From positions 192,779-242,859 of the IMG/VR virus record IMGVR_UViG_3300017565_000017: a stretch of 50,081 bases of DNA; one strand, given 5' to 3'. The position numbers were made by a program, and so were the translations under genes. A model generated the notes under the pieces. That model ran no database searches, had not been told where the DNA came from, and was given only the letters and a program-made list of their open reading frames with translations. Positions 1 to 9,935 of this stretch are shown here, one piece after another; positions within the stretch are counted from its first letter, which is position 1; the number at the start of each line of letters is the position of its first letter. This DNA is from a virus. Taxonomy: Duplodnaviria; Heunggongvirae; Uroviricota; Caudoviricetes.

Positions 1-376
1 AGCATTTCTTCCAATCCCATCGGGACACTGGGAATACCTTCTCATCAATAAGCTCTTGTAGCGTGTCAGGCCAGTTGATAAGGCGGGCCATAGCCAGCAT
101 AACCGGCAAGTTGGGATTGTCCTCGTACTTTCGGATGATATTGTCGATGATCCAGATCGATACGGTGTCGAGTTGCCGATAAATATTACAAAATCGATTC
201 TCAAGCAGTACTGGATCCTGAGTCCATGGTTTATCTAGACCACGCGCTCGGCGCAGATAAACCATATGGCGCTCGATAACAAACCGAGCATGAGTGTCGT
301 AGCGGTCCAGATTATGTGGATCCGCGCACAGCAGATTGTTATCGGGTGGAATTAAAAGGAGTTGACCTTTAGCCAT
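1..376 (-). CDS. 5-hmdU DNA kinase helical-domain (aGPT-Pplase1 family) protein, N-terminal part; runs off the window edge
   Basis: Not in the ORF track; translated by hand from ATG at 376: MAKGQLLLIPPDNN...RFVIERHMVYLRRARGLDKPWTQDPVLLENRFCNIYRQLDTVSIWIIDNI...ARLINWPDTL. The ER..Y.RR..G...PWT.DP.L...RFCN.YR..D..S.W pattern is typical of this family. Confidence 0.8.
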   Translation of the reverse strand, partial: MAKGQLLLIPPDNNLLCADPHNLDRYDTHARFVIERHMVYLRRARGLDKPWTQDPVLLENRFCNIYRQLDTVSIWIIDNIIRKYEDNPNLPVMLAMARLINWPDTLQELIDEKVFPVSRWDWKKC

Positions 377-713
377 CTTGTTCTTCCCTAATACACAAAA
401 ATCCGCTACTGGTCTTGTAGCGGACAATAGACTTGTTCAAACGTTCAGGTTCCCCAATAGTGGCTGGCAGTGTCCACTGACTCTTAGCCATGACCGTTAC
501 CCGTGTAAGATTACTATTGCGCATTTTCTCGGCGACAATAAAGTTCTTTAGCAGGTAACTCTTCTTAGTACCGTCAGACAGCACGAGCTTTACGTGCGTC
601 GAACTGAATACTACAGACTGGACATAGTGAGTCAGTGGATACCGATAGTCAACCGACTTATTCGGAGCTGAGTGAACGCGCGGGGGCGAGGAATTTCTCT
701 TCGAAGTCTTCAC
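369..713 (-). CDS. hypothetical protein
   Basis: 114-aa ORF in operon orientation, end overlaps the next start codon. Confidence 0.55.
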   Translation of the reverse strand: MKTSKRNSSPPRVHSAPNKSVDYRYPLTHYVQSVVFSSTHVKLVLSDGTKKSYLLKNFIVAEKMRNSNLTRVTVMAKSQWTLPATIGEPERLNKSIVRYKTSSGFLCIREEQDG

Positions 714-1248
714 TTAGCAGGTTCGGTTCTAGGTTGGGCTTTGCCAGATCAATGCGCCCCTGCAAAAAGCGGGGGAATTTGTTCCGGTAGGCAGCAGTGC
801 CGTGAACGGTCTCCCCCGTTTCATTGGGGAAGCATGTTGTGACAATCGCGTCTCTTGAGCGCACATCGCTAGGAATGTCCCGAAGGGCATTCGCACCACG
901 AAAGGTATCTGCGTGGCGATGTACAAAGCGTAGGAGGGCGTTATCCAGAGCATCCTTACGTAGATGATCCACCAACACCGCTCTAGACAAAGCTTCTGGG
1001 AAGAGGTCTAGGGTACGTACATAAAAACGATGCACCGAGGGTGAACCTAACGTGAGCAGGGCTTGAGCTACGTTGCGACCGATCTTGCGGTTGAAAGTCT
1101 CATCCGGACGACAAAACGCGGCAGCTACCTGTAGACCTACCCGGTCCGGACGGGACACGTAGTAGGCCAGCGTAAAACCCCCACGCGGGCGGCTAGTTTC
1201 CTCGTCATAGTTGATGTGATGCAGGTACTCAATCTGGATGTTCTTCAT
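658..1248 (-). CDS. hypothetical phage protein
   Basis: 196 aa; GGFT...AFCRPDETFNRKIGRNVA resembles a common small phage motif (C...D.F.R..GR..A). Confidence 0.7.
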   Translation of the reverse strand: MKNIQIEYLHHINYDEETSRPRGGFTLAYYVSRPDRVGLQVAAAFCRPDETFNRKIGRNVAQALLTLGSPSVHRFYVRTLDLFPEALSRAVLVDHLRKDALDNALLRFVHRHADTFRGANALRDIPSDVRSRDAIVTTCFPNETGETVHGTAAYRNKFPRFLQGRIDLAKPNLEPNLLSEDFEEKFLAPARSLSSE

Positions 1249-1747
1249 TCAACACCTCCGGTACATCCACTACACACTTAGCTAGTGCCTCATAGAACTT
1301 AGAATGTAACTGGTCAATTTCTTCCGAGCTAACGTCTGCTCCCCAACCCTGTACCAGTCGAGTGCTGGCGTCGATTTCCACGTAGTGTGAAATTGCCGAC
1401 GGCTGAATGAGCCCCATTGGAACGCCTTCCGCTAGAACCTGAGGAGCCACCTGATGGGATTCCGCCTTGCACTGAAAGTGCTTGAGCAGAGTGCGCATCA
1501 GCTGCACCAGAGGCTCCGTGCCAAAGTTGGAACCCGACAGGCCGGATGGGATCGGCAGGATCGTCCACTCAAACTGAGTGTCATAGGGCTTGTATTGGGC
1601 GTAAGCCACATATCGAGGGCGGGCGAACACGAAGGCTGTGTACTGGTCGGCATCGCTAGGCAGCTCGGGCACTGCTTCACTCCGTATCTGAGTCTGTTCC
1701 ATCTGGGGCTCCGAATTGGGCTTTGGTATACGAAATGGTCCGTTCAA
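1229..1747 (-). CDS. hypothetical protein (true start probably ATG at 1702)
   Basis: ORF packed in operon with overlapping neighbours. Confidence 0.65.
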   Translation of the reverse strand: MNGPFRIPKPNSEPQMEQTQIRSEAVPELPSDADQYTAFVFARPRYVAYAQYKPYDTQFEWTILPIPSGLSGSNFGTEPLVQLMRTLLKHFQCKAESHQVAPQVLAEGVPMGLIQPSAISHYVEIDASTRLVQGWGADVSSEEIDQLHSKFYEALAKCVVDVPEVLNEEHPD

Positions 1748-2732
1748 CCAGCTTAATAACGTTCTTTGGCAGAGTAATGCCAGTCATGTGGAGGGCAAAC
1801 GCCTCGGCGAACGTCTCACGGTAATTCTTGGTGGCGTATTCGCTGATAACAGGGGCCAGCTCCTTACGCTCGATTGTGCGGGTAGGCCACAGGTAGCGAA
1901 TCTCTTCGCGCTCTTCACCTTCAAACAGCAAGTCTAGCTCATGAACGCTAACGCCGTGGGTCTGCTTGATGTGGCGCATAATCCACTTGAACACCAGGGC
2001 GTCCTCTTCCTCCAGAGACTTTTTAAAGCTAGAGGGGCGGTCTTCACCGGCCAGCAGGTTCTCCAGCATCTGCAAAGCCTCTTCCTTGCGGATATCTTGC
2101 TTCTTGATACTGGTGTTAAAGAGCTTAACCCACGCCGCTTCCAGCTTAGGGCTCTTTACATAACGCGAATGGATATGGTGCCCCAGCTCATGGAGCACCG
2201 CGTAAGGATACAGGTCAGCCGTCATAACCTCCGGGCGCAGCAGAATGCGCGCCGGGATTTCAATCGACTTTGTCTTCTTCTGAGGAATGTACATACCAGC
2301 GTACTTCTCTTTACCAGGAGCATTAAGCTCCCAGACAATATCCTCACTGGCCAGAGGCTCTAGACCGAAAGCGGTCAGGCGCTTATACGCGACATTGAAG
2401 CCGCGCACGATACTTTCCTTAGCTTCTTCCTCCGGCTTGTACATCCAACACAAGCGCCCGAAACGCTTGTGCTCCATGGAGCTACGGTACAGGTTGGTAA
2501 CGTCCACACCATAGACTTTACCGCCACGAGGGTCCTTCCCCAGATTCAGGAAGACATCCTGAGCAGGAATATCGACAACCTGACGCAGTTCCTGAATGTT
2601 TTGATATTTGGTAGAAACACCCGTCACCGTGGTGCCGTTCGAGCCGCTCACCTTGATAACGAGTGGCCCTTTACCGTCGGGCGAATTCGCGACTGCGTAG
2701 TCACCCTTCGATACTGCCAGAATGTCTGCCAT
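1677..2732 (-). CDS. putative zinc metallopeptidase (zincin)
   Basis: HELGHH (HExxH) and downstream SEYATKNYRETFAEAF (Y...E.FAE third-ligand motif); RBS AAGGTGGAG. Confidence 0.7.
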   Translation of the reverse strand: MADILAVSKGDYAVANSPDGKGPLVIKVSGSNGTTVTGVSTKYQNIQELRQVVDIPAQDVFLNLGKDPRGGKVYGVDVTNLYRSSMEHKRFGRLCWMYKPEEEAKESIVRGFNVAYKRLTAFGLEPLASEDIVWELNAPGKEKYAGMYIPQKKTKSIEIPARILLRPEVMTADLYPYAVLHELGHHIHSRYVKSPKLEAAWVKLFNTSIKKQDIRKEEALQMLENLLAGEDRPSSFKKSLEEEDALVFKWIMRHIKQTHGVSVHELDLLFEGEEREEIRYLWPTRTIERKELAPVISEYATKNYRETFAEAFALHMTGITLPKNVIKLVERTISYTKAQFGAPDGTDSDTE

Positions 2733-2743
2733 AAATCTCCACC

Positions 2744-3892
2744 TTATTTACGAACTACTTGCGGCTTGAATTGGAAAGGAGCCATGCCTTCCGGCTGTAC
2801 CGTCTTAGTCGGTGCCGGGTTGCCAAACAAGGCTTCGGTGTCGTCACGCTGGTCGTCAGCCGGGCTATTACCCTGACCAGCCACCACAACGGGCTCGTCA
2901 TCGTCGATAATCTTCAAAACGGGGTCTTCATCAACTTCAACAGAAGCCTTCGTAGCCACCGTCGACAGAGCGGCCAGCACGGTATCGCTAGGATCTTGCT
3001 GCTCGTACTTGGTCTCAACGCGAACACGCAGTTCAGGTTCGCGCTGCTCCGTAACCGGATCAGCTACAGGTTCGGGGTCCTGCTTCATTTCTGGCTCTGC
3101 CGGAGCGATTGGCGCAGGCATTTCATCGATGAGCAGTTCCTCTTCGAAATCACCGGCCATCGGGGTCGTGAAGATAATCGAAGCAAACATACCGTCCGGC
3201 GAAACAACCGGATAGGCTCCGTGGTAAGCAACCCAATCAACCACAATCCCGTTGATCGAGAACACAGGGTAGTATCCCTGAGCTTCGCCACTCGGGGTAA
3301 ACACAGAGTTCAGATCATCTAGCGTGAAGCCGTTCTGGGCAACCACCAACTTATGACGAATACGGCTACGGGCCGGATTCTCCATGTCGATATCCGGATC
3401 CTGCTCATATTGCAGAATGCTACCCGCCAGCGTAATAGCGTCAATGACAGGCTCTTCGCTACCCGCCGCCGTAAACACGGCCACAAGTTGGGAAGGCGCA
3501 GGCTCTTCCGTCGTTCCGCCCAGATCACCCCAATCACCTTCCATCGGCTCAGCACCCTCGCCTTGAGCCTGAGATTCACTGGCGATATTGCCAACAAGAT
3601 CCTCAAGGTTTGGCTCTTGAGGAGGATCCTGAAGAGCCTTCTCAAGCATATCCTCCATGTATACGTTAATCGTGATATACTCACGATTTTCAATATACGA
3701 TTCGATCGGTACGGCGTTGATCTTGCCCATGTCGTCAAGATACACAACCATGGGCGGATTGCGCTTGGCTGCTGCGCCCTTCAGTCGGGTGTTTGCCAGA
3801 TACAGGACAGTAGATTGACGACCGGTATCTACACGACGCCAGACATGACCCTTACCAAGAAGGGCAAGAGTTTCTTTGGAAATATCAGCCAT
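2744..3892 (-). CDS. acidic hypothetical protein
   Basis: 382-aa ORF, D/E/P-rich; GGAG RBS. Confidence 0.75.
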   Translation of the reverse strand: MADISKETLALLGKGHVWRRVDTGRQSTVLYLANTRLKGAAAKRNPPMVVYLDDMGKINAVPIESYIENREYITINVYMEDMLEKALQDPPQEPNLEDLVGNIASESQAQGEGAEPMEGDWGDLGGTTEEPAPSQLVAVFTAAGSEEPVIDAITLAGSILQYEQDPDIDMENPARSRIRHKLVVAQNGFTLDDLNSVFTPSGEAQGYYPVFSINGIVVDWVAYHGAYPVVSPDGMFASIIFTTPMAGDFEEELLIDEMPAPIAPAEPEMKQDPEPVADPVTEQREPELRVRVETKYEQQDPSDTVLAALSTVATKASVEVDEDPVLKIIDDDEPVVVAGQGNSPADDQRDDTEALFGNPAPTKTVQPEGMAPFQFKPQVVRK

Positions 3893-3930
3893 TATGTATA
3901 ACTCCGTAGGTTAAGGCTTACCCTGGATAT

Positions 3931-4266
3931 TTACGGTTTCGTTTCCAGCGGTTGGATATTAAATGCGTCGCGGATTGTCTGTGTCAGTGAAGCCTTGGAC
4001 ACGGAACAGACTTCCCATACGCCAACCATATTAGATACCCACTCAACTACCTGACCTTCCTGGAGCCGACCACTAGGGCCGGGGGCAGGGGGCCGGGGTA
4101 GCGGCGGACACGGGGCCAGCAACGATTCCTGGATGCGTACAGTATGCTTCTCTGGAACGACTGGCTGCTCAGGATTGCGGGGTGTAGTCTCACATGCAGT
4201 TAAGACGTAGGCGAAAGCTACAACAACTAGAATCCGCAGTATAATTCGATCTAGAGGAAGACTCAT
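3931..4266 (-). CDS. o-spanin (Rz1-like lipoprotein)
   Basis: Signal peptide with lipobox LTA-C, Pro-rich region, directly downstream of the i-spanin. Confidence 0.8.
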   Translation of the reverse strand: MSLPLDRIILRILVVVAFAYVLTACETTPRNPEQPVVPEKHTVRIQESLLAPCPPLPRPPAPGPSGRLQEGQVVEWVSNMVGVWEVCSVSKASLTQTIRDAFNIQPLETKP

Positions 4267-4703
4267 TTCGCTGTACCCATAATCCGATTAATGGCATCCA
4301 GCGAGGGGCCGGACAACCCACACTGACCCGCTACAGTAACGTACTTCGTTTGGTATTCCGTAATGATCTCGGTACGCTTCTGGCCGTTCTCTTCCAGTAA
4401 CTTCTGAATGCGTAGCGCATCTTGGGCAGACTTTTGCTCTAAGACCCCGATGCGGTCATTAAGCTCCTGCGCCTTTTGGTTGCGGTCGCGCACTAAAGCA
4501 TCGACCTCATCTTGTTTTAACGTGAGGCGCTTGTTGAAGGAAGCAGTCAACTCAACCTCTGCCCGATTATACCCAGCAGTGTCCCCCTTCCAATGGCCCG
4601 TGAAATACGCACCAACGACTAGGGCCAAGCCCCCGAGTAGCACCCAGGGACTTGGGAGTAGACTACCAACAGCCGGTAATAGCTTGGGGATCCACGATAA
4701 CAT
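4263..4703 (-). CDS. i-spanin (Rz-like)
   Basis: N-terminal TM segment, coiled-coil, C-terminal Cys; overlaps lipoprotein gene by 4 bp. Confidence 0.8.
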   Translation of the reverse strand: MLSWIPKLLPAVGSLLPSPWVLLGGLALVVGAYFTGHWKGDTAGYNRAEVELTASFNKRLTLKQDEVDALVRDRNQKAQELNDRIGVLEQKSAQDALRIQKLLEENGQKRTEIITEYQTKYVTVAGQCGLSGPSLDAINRIMGTAK

Positions 4704-4705
4704 AA

Positions 4706-5707
4706 CTACTCCAGTTCACGATGATTGAAATACTTGCGTTTGATTTTCAACAGAATCTCCTCTGGGCAGTTACCTGGGTCCCACAAGTTACCCTTAAACG
4801 CCTTTTTCTCTTCTTTAGTCTTGAGCTTCAGATATCGGTGGTACGGACTATTTGGCATAGACCACAACTTGATTAATTTCGTTGGAATAACCTCAGAGAT
4901 ATCCGGACCAATGCGCTCTGACGCTAGAATGCCCGCCTCGTCACCATCCATCATGAGCAATACCTGCTCAACTCCATACAGCTCTAGGAGTTGGGCTTTA
5001 CGCTGACTCCAGGTGTTGGTCCCAAGAATTGACAGAGCTGGAATACCTAGAGAGAGTAACCGCAAAGCATCTCGGGGACCTTCAACCAGAACAATAGTAC
5101 TCGACTTCAATTCCTCCATCATCTTGATAGAGAAATCAAACGGAAAAAGGCCGTGAGTCTTAGACCACGGCCCTTTACTGTTGATGTAGGACGGGCGCTC
5201 CCCCGTAGGATCCTTCTTGAGTCGGGCCTTGATATACCCGCGCTCTTCACCGTTGATAAGAACAGGCATGTACAGCATGCGCGTATTCCACTCGGTGAGC
5301 ATCATCTGAATACCAATCTTGCGCAAGAATCGGGTATCGAAGGTGCGCCATGTCTTATTCTTAGGAAGCGGATGAAGCTCAAATTTGGCTGTTTCTTCGT
5401 CTTCCTCAGTAAGATTCAAACGCATTGAGTATAGGTCGGTGGCAGGCTGCTTACCGAACGGTTGAAGGCCAATCTGGGTTGCTAGTTCGTCCCAATGACA
5501 TCTATGACCACATCCAAGGCATCGGAAATAACCTGGACTCCTAGTTCCCACGCCGTGGAAGACTTGTCCGCTTGGGGTTCGTTCTTGATGGAAGGGGCAG
5601 CTGATGAAAGTCCAGCTTTCATTTGTTCGGCCTTTTCGGCCAGACCAGATACGTAATTGTTCTCTGACATGATTGAGTTTCTCGACCTGACTGATGGGAT
5701 CATTCAT
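4706..5707 (-). CDS. DNA primase (Zn finger + TOPRIM)
   Basis: CPFH...CLGC zinc finger; VEGPRDA and MMDGD TOPRIM motifs. Confidence 0.9.
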   Translation of the reverse strand: MNDPISQVEKLNHVREQLRIWSGRKGRTNESWTFISCPFHQERTPSGQVFHGVGTRSPGYFRCLGCGHRCHWDELATQIGLQPFGKQPATDLYSMRLNLTEEDEETAKFELHPLPKNKTWRTFDTRFLRKIGIQMMLTEWNTRMLYMPVLINGEERGYIKARLKKDPTGERPSYINSKGPWSKTHGLFPFDFSIKMMEELKSSTIVLVEGPRDALRLLSLGIPALSILGTNTWSQRKAQLLELYGVEQVLLMMDGDEAGILASERIGPDISEVIPTKLIKLWSMPNSPYHRYLKLKTKEEKKAFKGNLWDPGNCPEEILLKIKRKYFNHRELE

Positions 5708-6348
5708 AAACGGTTGCCTAAGCCAAAAAGGAAAGTCTCAAGAGTATTAAAGCAACGGAACAAGTCACCGCGCCGCTCAGCAGTAATCCAACCCCACCAT
5801 TTGGAGCATAGAGCCTGAGTGCGTATAAAGACTGGTCGATTGCGAATTACAGGAAACCGATAAATCCATAACCTTGGATTGGTCTTGGAGCGTAGCTCCG
5901 GCCCAATATCGTGGTCAGACCACATCAGCTGAACAGAAATGCCGTCCCATACGCCATACATATAGAGCGGCACCCCATTTACAAGAAAGGACCACGAACC
6001 GTGGTCCCCTTCTGCGTTCAAGATTGCCAGGTAAGGGGTCTCACCTAGCTCCTCTTGGATTTTATAGTATTTCTGACTCTGCGTAAGTCCCGGAAACCTA
6101 GAATCTAGGTCACTCAGGCTCTTGGTCAGACGACCCATGAATTCCGGATCGTCTGACATAGCGTAGGCCAGGATACGTTTATCCCGCTGAGGTATATAGA
6201 TTTGCTCGTGCTCCATGTACTCCGCTGGCTTCAGCCACCAGACACCGTTCTGGCGACCCGGTACGTGCTGACCAGTTAGGTCATGTTCGAGTCCCATATG
6301 GGCAGTCGGAGGTGAATTAGAGGATAGGACTATCGAGCCAAGAATCAT
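5704..6348 (-). CDS. hypothetical protein
   Basis: 214-aa ORF with 4-bp overlap to primase. Confidence 0.7.
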   Translation of the reverse strand: MILGSIVLSSNSPPTAHMGLEHDLTGQHVPGRQNGVWWLKPAEYMEHEQIYIPQRDKRILAYAMSDDPEFMGRLTKSLSDLDSRFPGLTQSQKYYKIQEELGETPYLAILNAEGDHGSWSFLVNGVPLYMYGVWDGISVQLMWSDHDIGPELRSKTNPRLWIYRFPVIRNRPVFIRTQALCSKWWGWITAERRGDLFRCFNTLETFLFGLGNRL

Positions 6349-6359
6349 AGAACCTTCTA

Positions 6360-6746
6360 TTAGTGAATCTTAGTCTTAGGGACAGGGGTCGTGCTAATTA
6401 GCGGACGGCCTTTAATGGTGCCTCCCATGGACATCGCAAAATCGATTGGGTTCTCAATATTCACATCACCGCTGCATAGTTGCTGGGCCATGAAGTTAAG
6501 AACCTCATCGATACCATTCTGGGACGTGTCATACACAACGGCATTGAATAATTCCTCCGAATATGAAACCACGTCCCCTTCGACGTGTTTCGGGGCGCAT
6601 TCGGCAAGAACAACACTGAATGTATGTGGACGCAGTTCAATAGCGGCCAGCATGAATACACGCTGTTCATCCGTTAGGAACAGCGTGCGCTCCGCCGACT
6701 TAAACAGGCGAAACTTGCTCTTTACGCGCTTTCTCTTCTTGATCAT
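6360..6746 (-). CDS. hypothetical protein
   Basis: 128-aa ORF, GAGG RBS, overlaps polymerase end. Confidence 0.65.
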   Translation of the reverse strand: MIKKRKRVKSKFRLFKSAERTLFLTDEQRVFMLAAIELRPHTFSVVLAECAPKHVEGDVVSYSEELFNAVVYDTSQNGIDEVLNFMAQQLCSGDVNIENPIDFAMSMGGTIKGRPLISTTPVPKTKIH

Positions 6747-9700
6747 ACTTCCTCACAGCTTGTGTTATTTGCTCAGTCAAGTCGGGCACGTTAAGCAGCG
6801 GATACCGTTTCTGTAGGTACTCAATGGTCTTAACACTGCGGTACGGGGCAAGGATCTGGCCCATAACTTCTTCCCTAGATTCCTTAATCGCACCGAGAGA
6901 AATACCTTCGTCTACGGACTTGCTAATGCTATCAATCAAGTGAGGCAACGACCAATCCCACTTGATAGTACTCGCATCACAAGCACCGATTTCGATTTCG
7001 ATTTCAGGCTCGATGGTGAACTGCACACCGAGCTGCTCTTCCGTGGCTCGCGCAAGTCCATACGTCGCTTGCCATTGGCAAATATGGATATGTGGGAGCA
7101 CCATAAAATAGGGAACCGCAAAGTAGGACGCGTCGTGAACCTGACGACTGAATTGGACTTTGGAATCCCAAACTTTACGCTCCGGATGGAACTTCTTAAT
7201 GAACTTTGGAAGTTCACGATAATATGCTTGAAGGATCATGTAGCCTGCCTTGGAGCCCAATTCCGAAGAGAAGCCCTGGATAGGTGCATTGGAGCCTCGG
7301 CGGACCTGACGACTAACAATTGACTTGTCCTTGGTAAGAGACGCAAACAGGTGGCGGCGGCGGTGTACCGGACTGTACACATAGAATTCCTCCTCCGCCA
7401 TCTTCTTCATGGTATTGGTCCAAATGGCCCCCTTCGGGAACGATTCGAACGTCTTATCAATCAGGTCCTGTGCGTATTTGGTATCCTTCTTCTCGTCCTC
7501 TTCCTCGCTGCCTAGACCAGAGCCCAACTGCTTACGCTCCGCCTTTAGACCAGCCGTAACACGGGCAACCAGTTCACGAACAGCCTTCGGGTCAGCAGCA
7601 GCCCGGTCAGCGTCAGTGGCCTTCTTGCCAAGGATATCCAGGGCGATCTTAATCAAGTCATCGACCTTGGTAGTATCGCCCAACAGAAACAGGATATCGT
7701 CGATCTCATGGATACGCTTGCGTGCCAATGCACGGGGACCCACTTCAAAGCCCATGGACTTCGAGCTAAGGCCGTACAACAGACCGAAGATAACGCGCTT
7801 AACCGCGTCACGGCGGGGGTCTTCTTTGTCTACCCATACCTTCCAGAAGCGGTACACGTTCTGGATGTGAATGTCACCCTTGGTCTTAAGCTCGGTGAGG
7901 ATTTCCTTGGTCGGGTTCTGAATCCACTGCTTACGCAAGTCCTGACCAGCGCGGAACGCCGCAGCCAAGATCTTGTCACCCGAGGCCACGCTCCACATAC
8001 GAACTTCGTGGGCGCTATAGTCAAAGCGAATCATTAGGTGGCCCGGAGGCGTAATGAACATCCGCTTAATGATCTTGCTGAGCTTACCCCGTGCCGGAAC
8101 TTGCTGTAGGCTTGGGTTCTTCGATGCCAGACGACCCGTAACCACGTTCCAGAACAGGTAGTCCGGGCGCAAATACCCATCCTTGGCCGAGTCCTGGTTC
8201 TTACGCAGCTTCTTATACCAACCACGCACATAGGTCGATAGGAGCTTAGTACGCTTGGACCATTCTTCAAAGACCGCAACCTCGCGGTGCTGACCCTTGT
8301 ACTGAGCGATGAACGCTTTACCGACAGAGGGTGCGCCAGTATCTGTAAAGTCCACAGGTTCCAAACCCATGATGTCCAGGAACAGCATGGCTTTATGTGC
8401 GCCCTTAGAAAGCCGGAATGCCCATTCCTTAACTGCGTCTCCCCAAAGACCCTTGGACTTAACCCCGGACTCTGCCAGAATCTGGTCATTGGCTTTTTGG
8501 GCCGCAGGGAATGCCCGCAACTGACGCTCAGCCGCCTGAATCTCCTTGCGCAGAGGAGAATCCTTGGTCATCAGGAACCGCAGGTAGGGGCGATCAACAT
8601 ACGAACCGTCTTCGCGCAAGTGCGACAGGGCGTGTGCTTGATCGCTCATGATATGGCGCATATGACGCTCGAAATACGCGGTATAGGGTTTGCCTAGGTG
8701 CGGAGTGCGGTCGGCACGGCGTAACTGCTGGGCCTTAATACCAATCAGAGCCACCACGTCAGTTGACGCGTATTTCAGGAACTCAGCGTCAGACGGCGGT
8801 ATGGTGCCAGTAGTGGTACGATCTTCCTTACTGAACTTGGCTCGGTAGTAGAAGTCATTACCATAGGACGCAAACGTAGCGGCCAAGCCGCCAACCGGGG
8901 GACCTACGTCAGTCAGCTCCGTAGTGTTTTCATCCAGAAGGTGCTCACCTGCCATAATCTCCCAGACCTTGAGGTTGATGATCGGGAGTTTAAACGCTTG
9001 CCGAATAACACGCAAATCATACATACCGTTGAAGGTCACCAACTCAGGACCCTCGTGGGCAGGCTGGTCAAAGAACGCCCGGAGGCGCTTCTTAATGATC
9101 TTCAGGTCCTCCCCTGTGAACGGAGTCATGGGGTGGTTAATAGGCAGTACGTAACCGACATTAGGCTGGCGATTGGTGCAGAACTGAATCGTATAGATAG
9201 CGTTGTGGTGAACAGTCAAGTTGGCCGTTTCCGTATCACACGCCACGTTGTCTGTAGGACCCAATGCCTCAAGACGATCCATCAGCTTCTCGAACTTCTC
9301 CATCGTGTCGATGTATCGAGGTTCGGCAGCTAAGGCTCCGATGTTATGTGGGTGCTTGCCCATCATGAGATAGGCAAGATGTCGGGTCCAGAAGCCCAGA
9401 AGATTGGCCTTAGCACCATTCTTCTCCAGCAGACGGTCCAGGTCTACAGTGGTCGCAACTTTAGCCCCCTCAAACTCGTGGATCCAGCCACGTTTGTAGG
9501 GGTGGTGCGTAATGTCGGTCAGCATGTACTGAGCAGCAATATCACCGCTAATCAGGATATGCGTGGGCTTCAGCTTCTTAATGAGCTTGCGCAGACGTGA
9601 AGCGAAGTGGTTCTCTGCATCCTTGCGGGCGTTTCCCTTAAGCTGCAAGTGCTTGAACGCATTGAAGTTCACAACAGAGAACGCGAAGTCAGCCGGGTTA

Positions 9701-9927
9701 TGCTCGTAGTTACGGCAAATGCGGCGACTGTACTTAATGCAGTTCACAATCGTATCACGGACAAGCCCCTGAGGGGCAATGTCGCGCTCTTTCAGTGAAA
9801 TCTGCGGAACCATCTGCAACACAATGAGCAACCGCTGTTTAGCGGTTGTCCAGTTGCGGTCTCGACGAAGGCGGAGATTATACTCCTTCTCTTCGTCGAG
9901 GGCAAACTTAAAACTCTCTTCTAGCAT
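6700..9927 (-). CDS. polA: family A DNA polymerase with 3'-5' exonuclease and degenerate UDG-like N-terminal domain
   Basis: Exo I CDTET, Exo II FNGMYD, Exo III YASTD; TGRLAS..PSLQQVP; motif A DYSAHEVR, motif B RDAVKRVIFGLLYG, NAPIQG, motif C QVHDA. Confidence 0.95.
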   Translation of the reverse strand: MLEESFKFALDEEKEYNLRLRRDRNWTTAKQRLLIVLQMVPQISLKERDIAPQGLVRDTIVNCIKYSRRICRNYEHNPADFAFSVVNFNAFKHLQLKGNARKDAENHFASRLRKLIKKLKPTHILISGDIAAQYMLTDITHHPYKRGWIHEFEGAKVATTVDLDRLLEKNGAKANLLGFWTRHLAYLMMGKHPHNIGALAAEPRYIDTMEKFEKLMDRLEALGPTDNVACDTETANLTVHHNAIYTIQFCTNRQPNVGYVLPINHPMTPFTGEDLKIIKKRLRAFFDQPAHEGPELVTFNGMYDLRVIRQAFKLPIINLKVWEIMAGEHLLDENTTELTDVGPPVGGLAATFASYGNDFYYRAKFSKEDRTTTGTIPPSDAEFLKYASTDVVALIGIKAQQLRRADRTPHLGKPYTAYFERHMRHIMSDQAHALSHLREDGSYVDRPYLRFLMTKDSPLRKEIQAAERQLRAFPAAQKANDQILAESGVKSKGLWGDAVKEWAFRLSKGAHKAMLFLDIMGLEPVDFTDTGAPSVGKAFIAQYKGQHREVAVFEEWSKRTKLLSTYVRGWYKKLRKNQDSAKDGYLRPDYLFWNVVTGRLASKNPSLQQVPARGKLSKIIKRMFITPPGHLMIRFDYSAHEVRMWSVASGDKILAAAFRAGQDLRKQWIQNPTKEILTELKTKGDIHIQNVYRFWKVWVDKEDPRRDAVKRVIFGLLYGLSSKSMGFEVGPRALARKRIHEIDDILFLLGDTTKVDDLIKIALDILGKKATDADRAAADPKAVRELVARVTAGLKAERKQLGSGLGSEEEDEKKDTKYAQDLIDKTFESFPKGAIWTNTMKKMAEEEFYVYSPVHRRRHLFASLTKDKSIVSRQVRRGSNAPIQGFSSELGSKAGYMILQAYYRELPKFIKKFHPERKVWDSKVQFSRQVHDASYFAVPYFMVLPHIHICQWQATYGLARATEEQLGVQFTIEPEIEIEIGACDASTIKWDWSLPHLIDSISKSVDEGISLGAIKESREEVMGQILAPYRSVKTIEYLQKRYPLLNVPDLTEQITQAVRKYDQEEKARKEQVSPV

Positions 9928-9935
9928 GGCCTTCC

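Noticed and set aside
7470-7745. Intein or intron in the polymerase
   Set aside because: Frame is continuous; no C/S...HN splice motifs or homing endonuclease motifs
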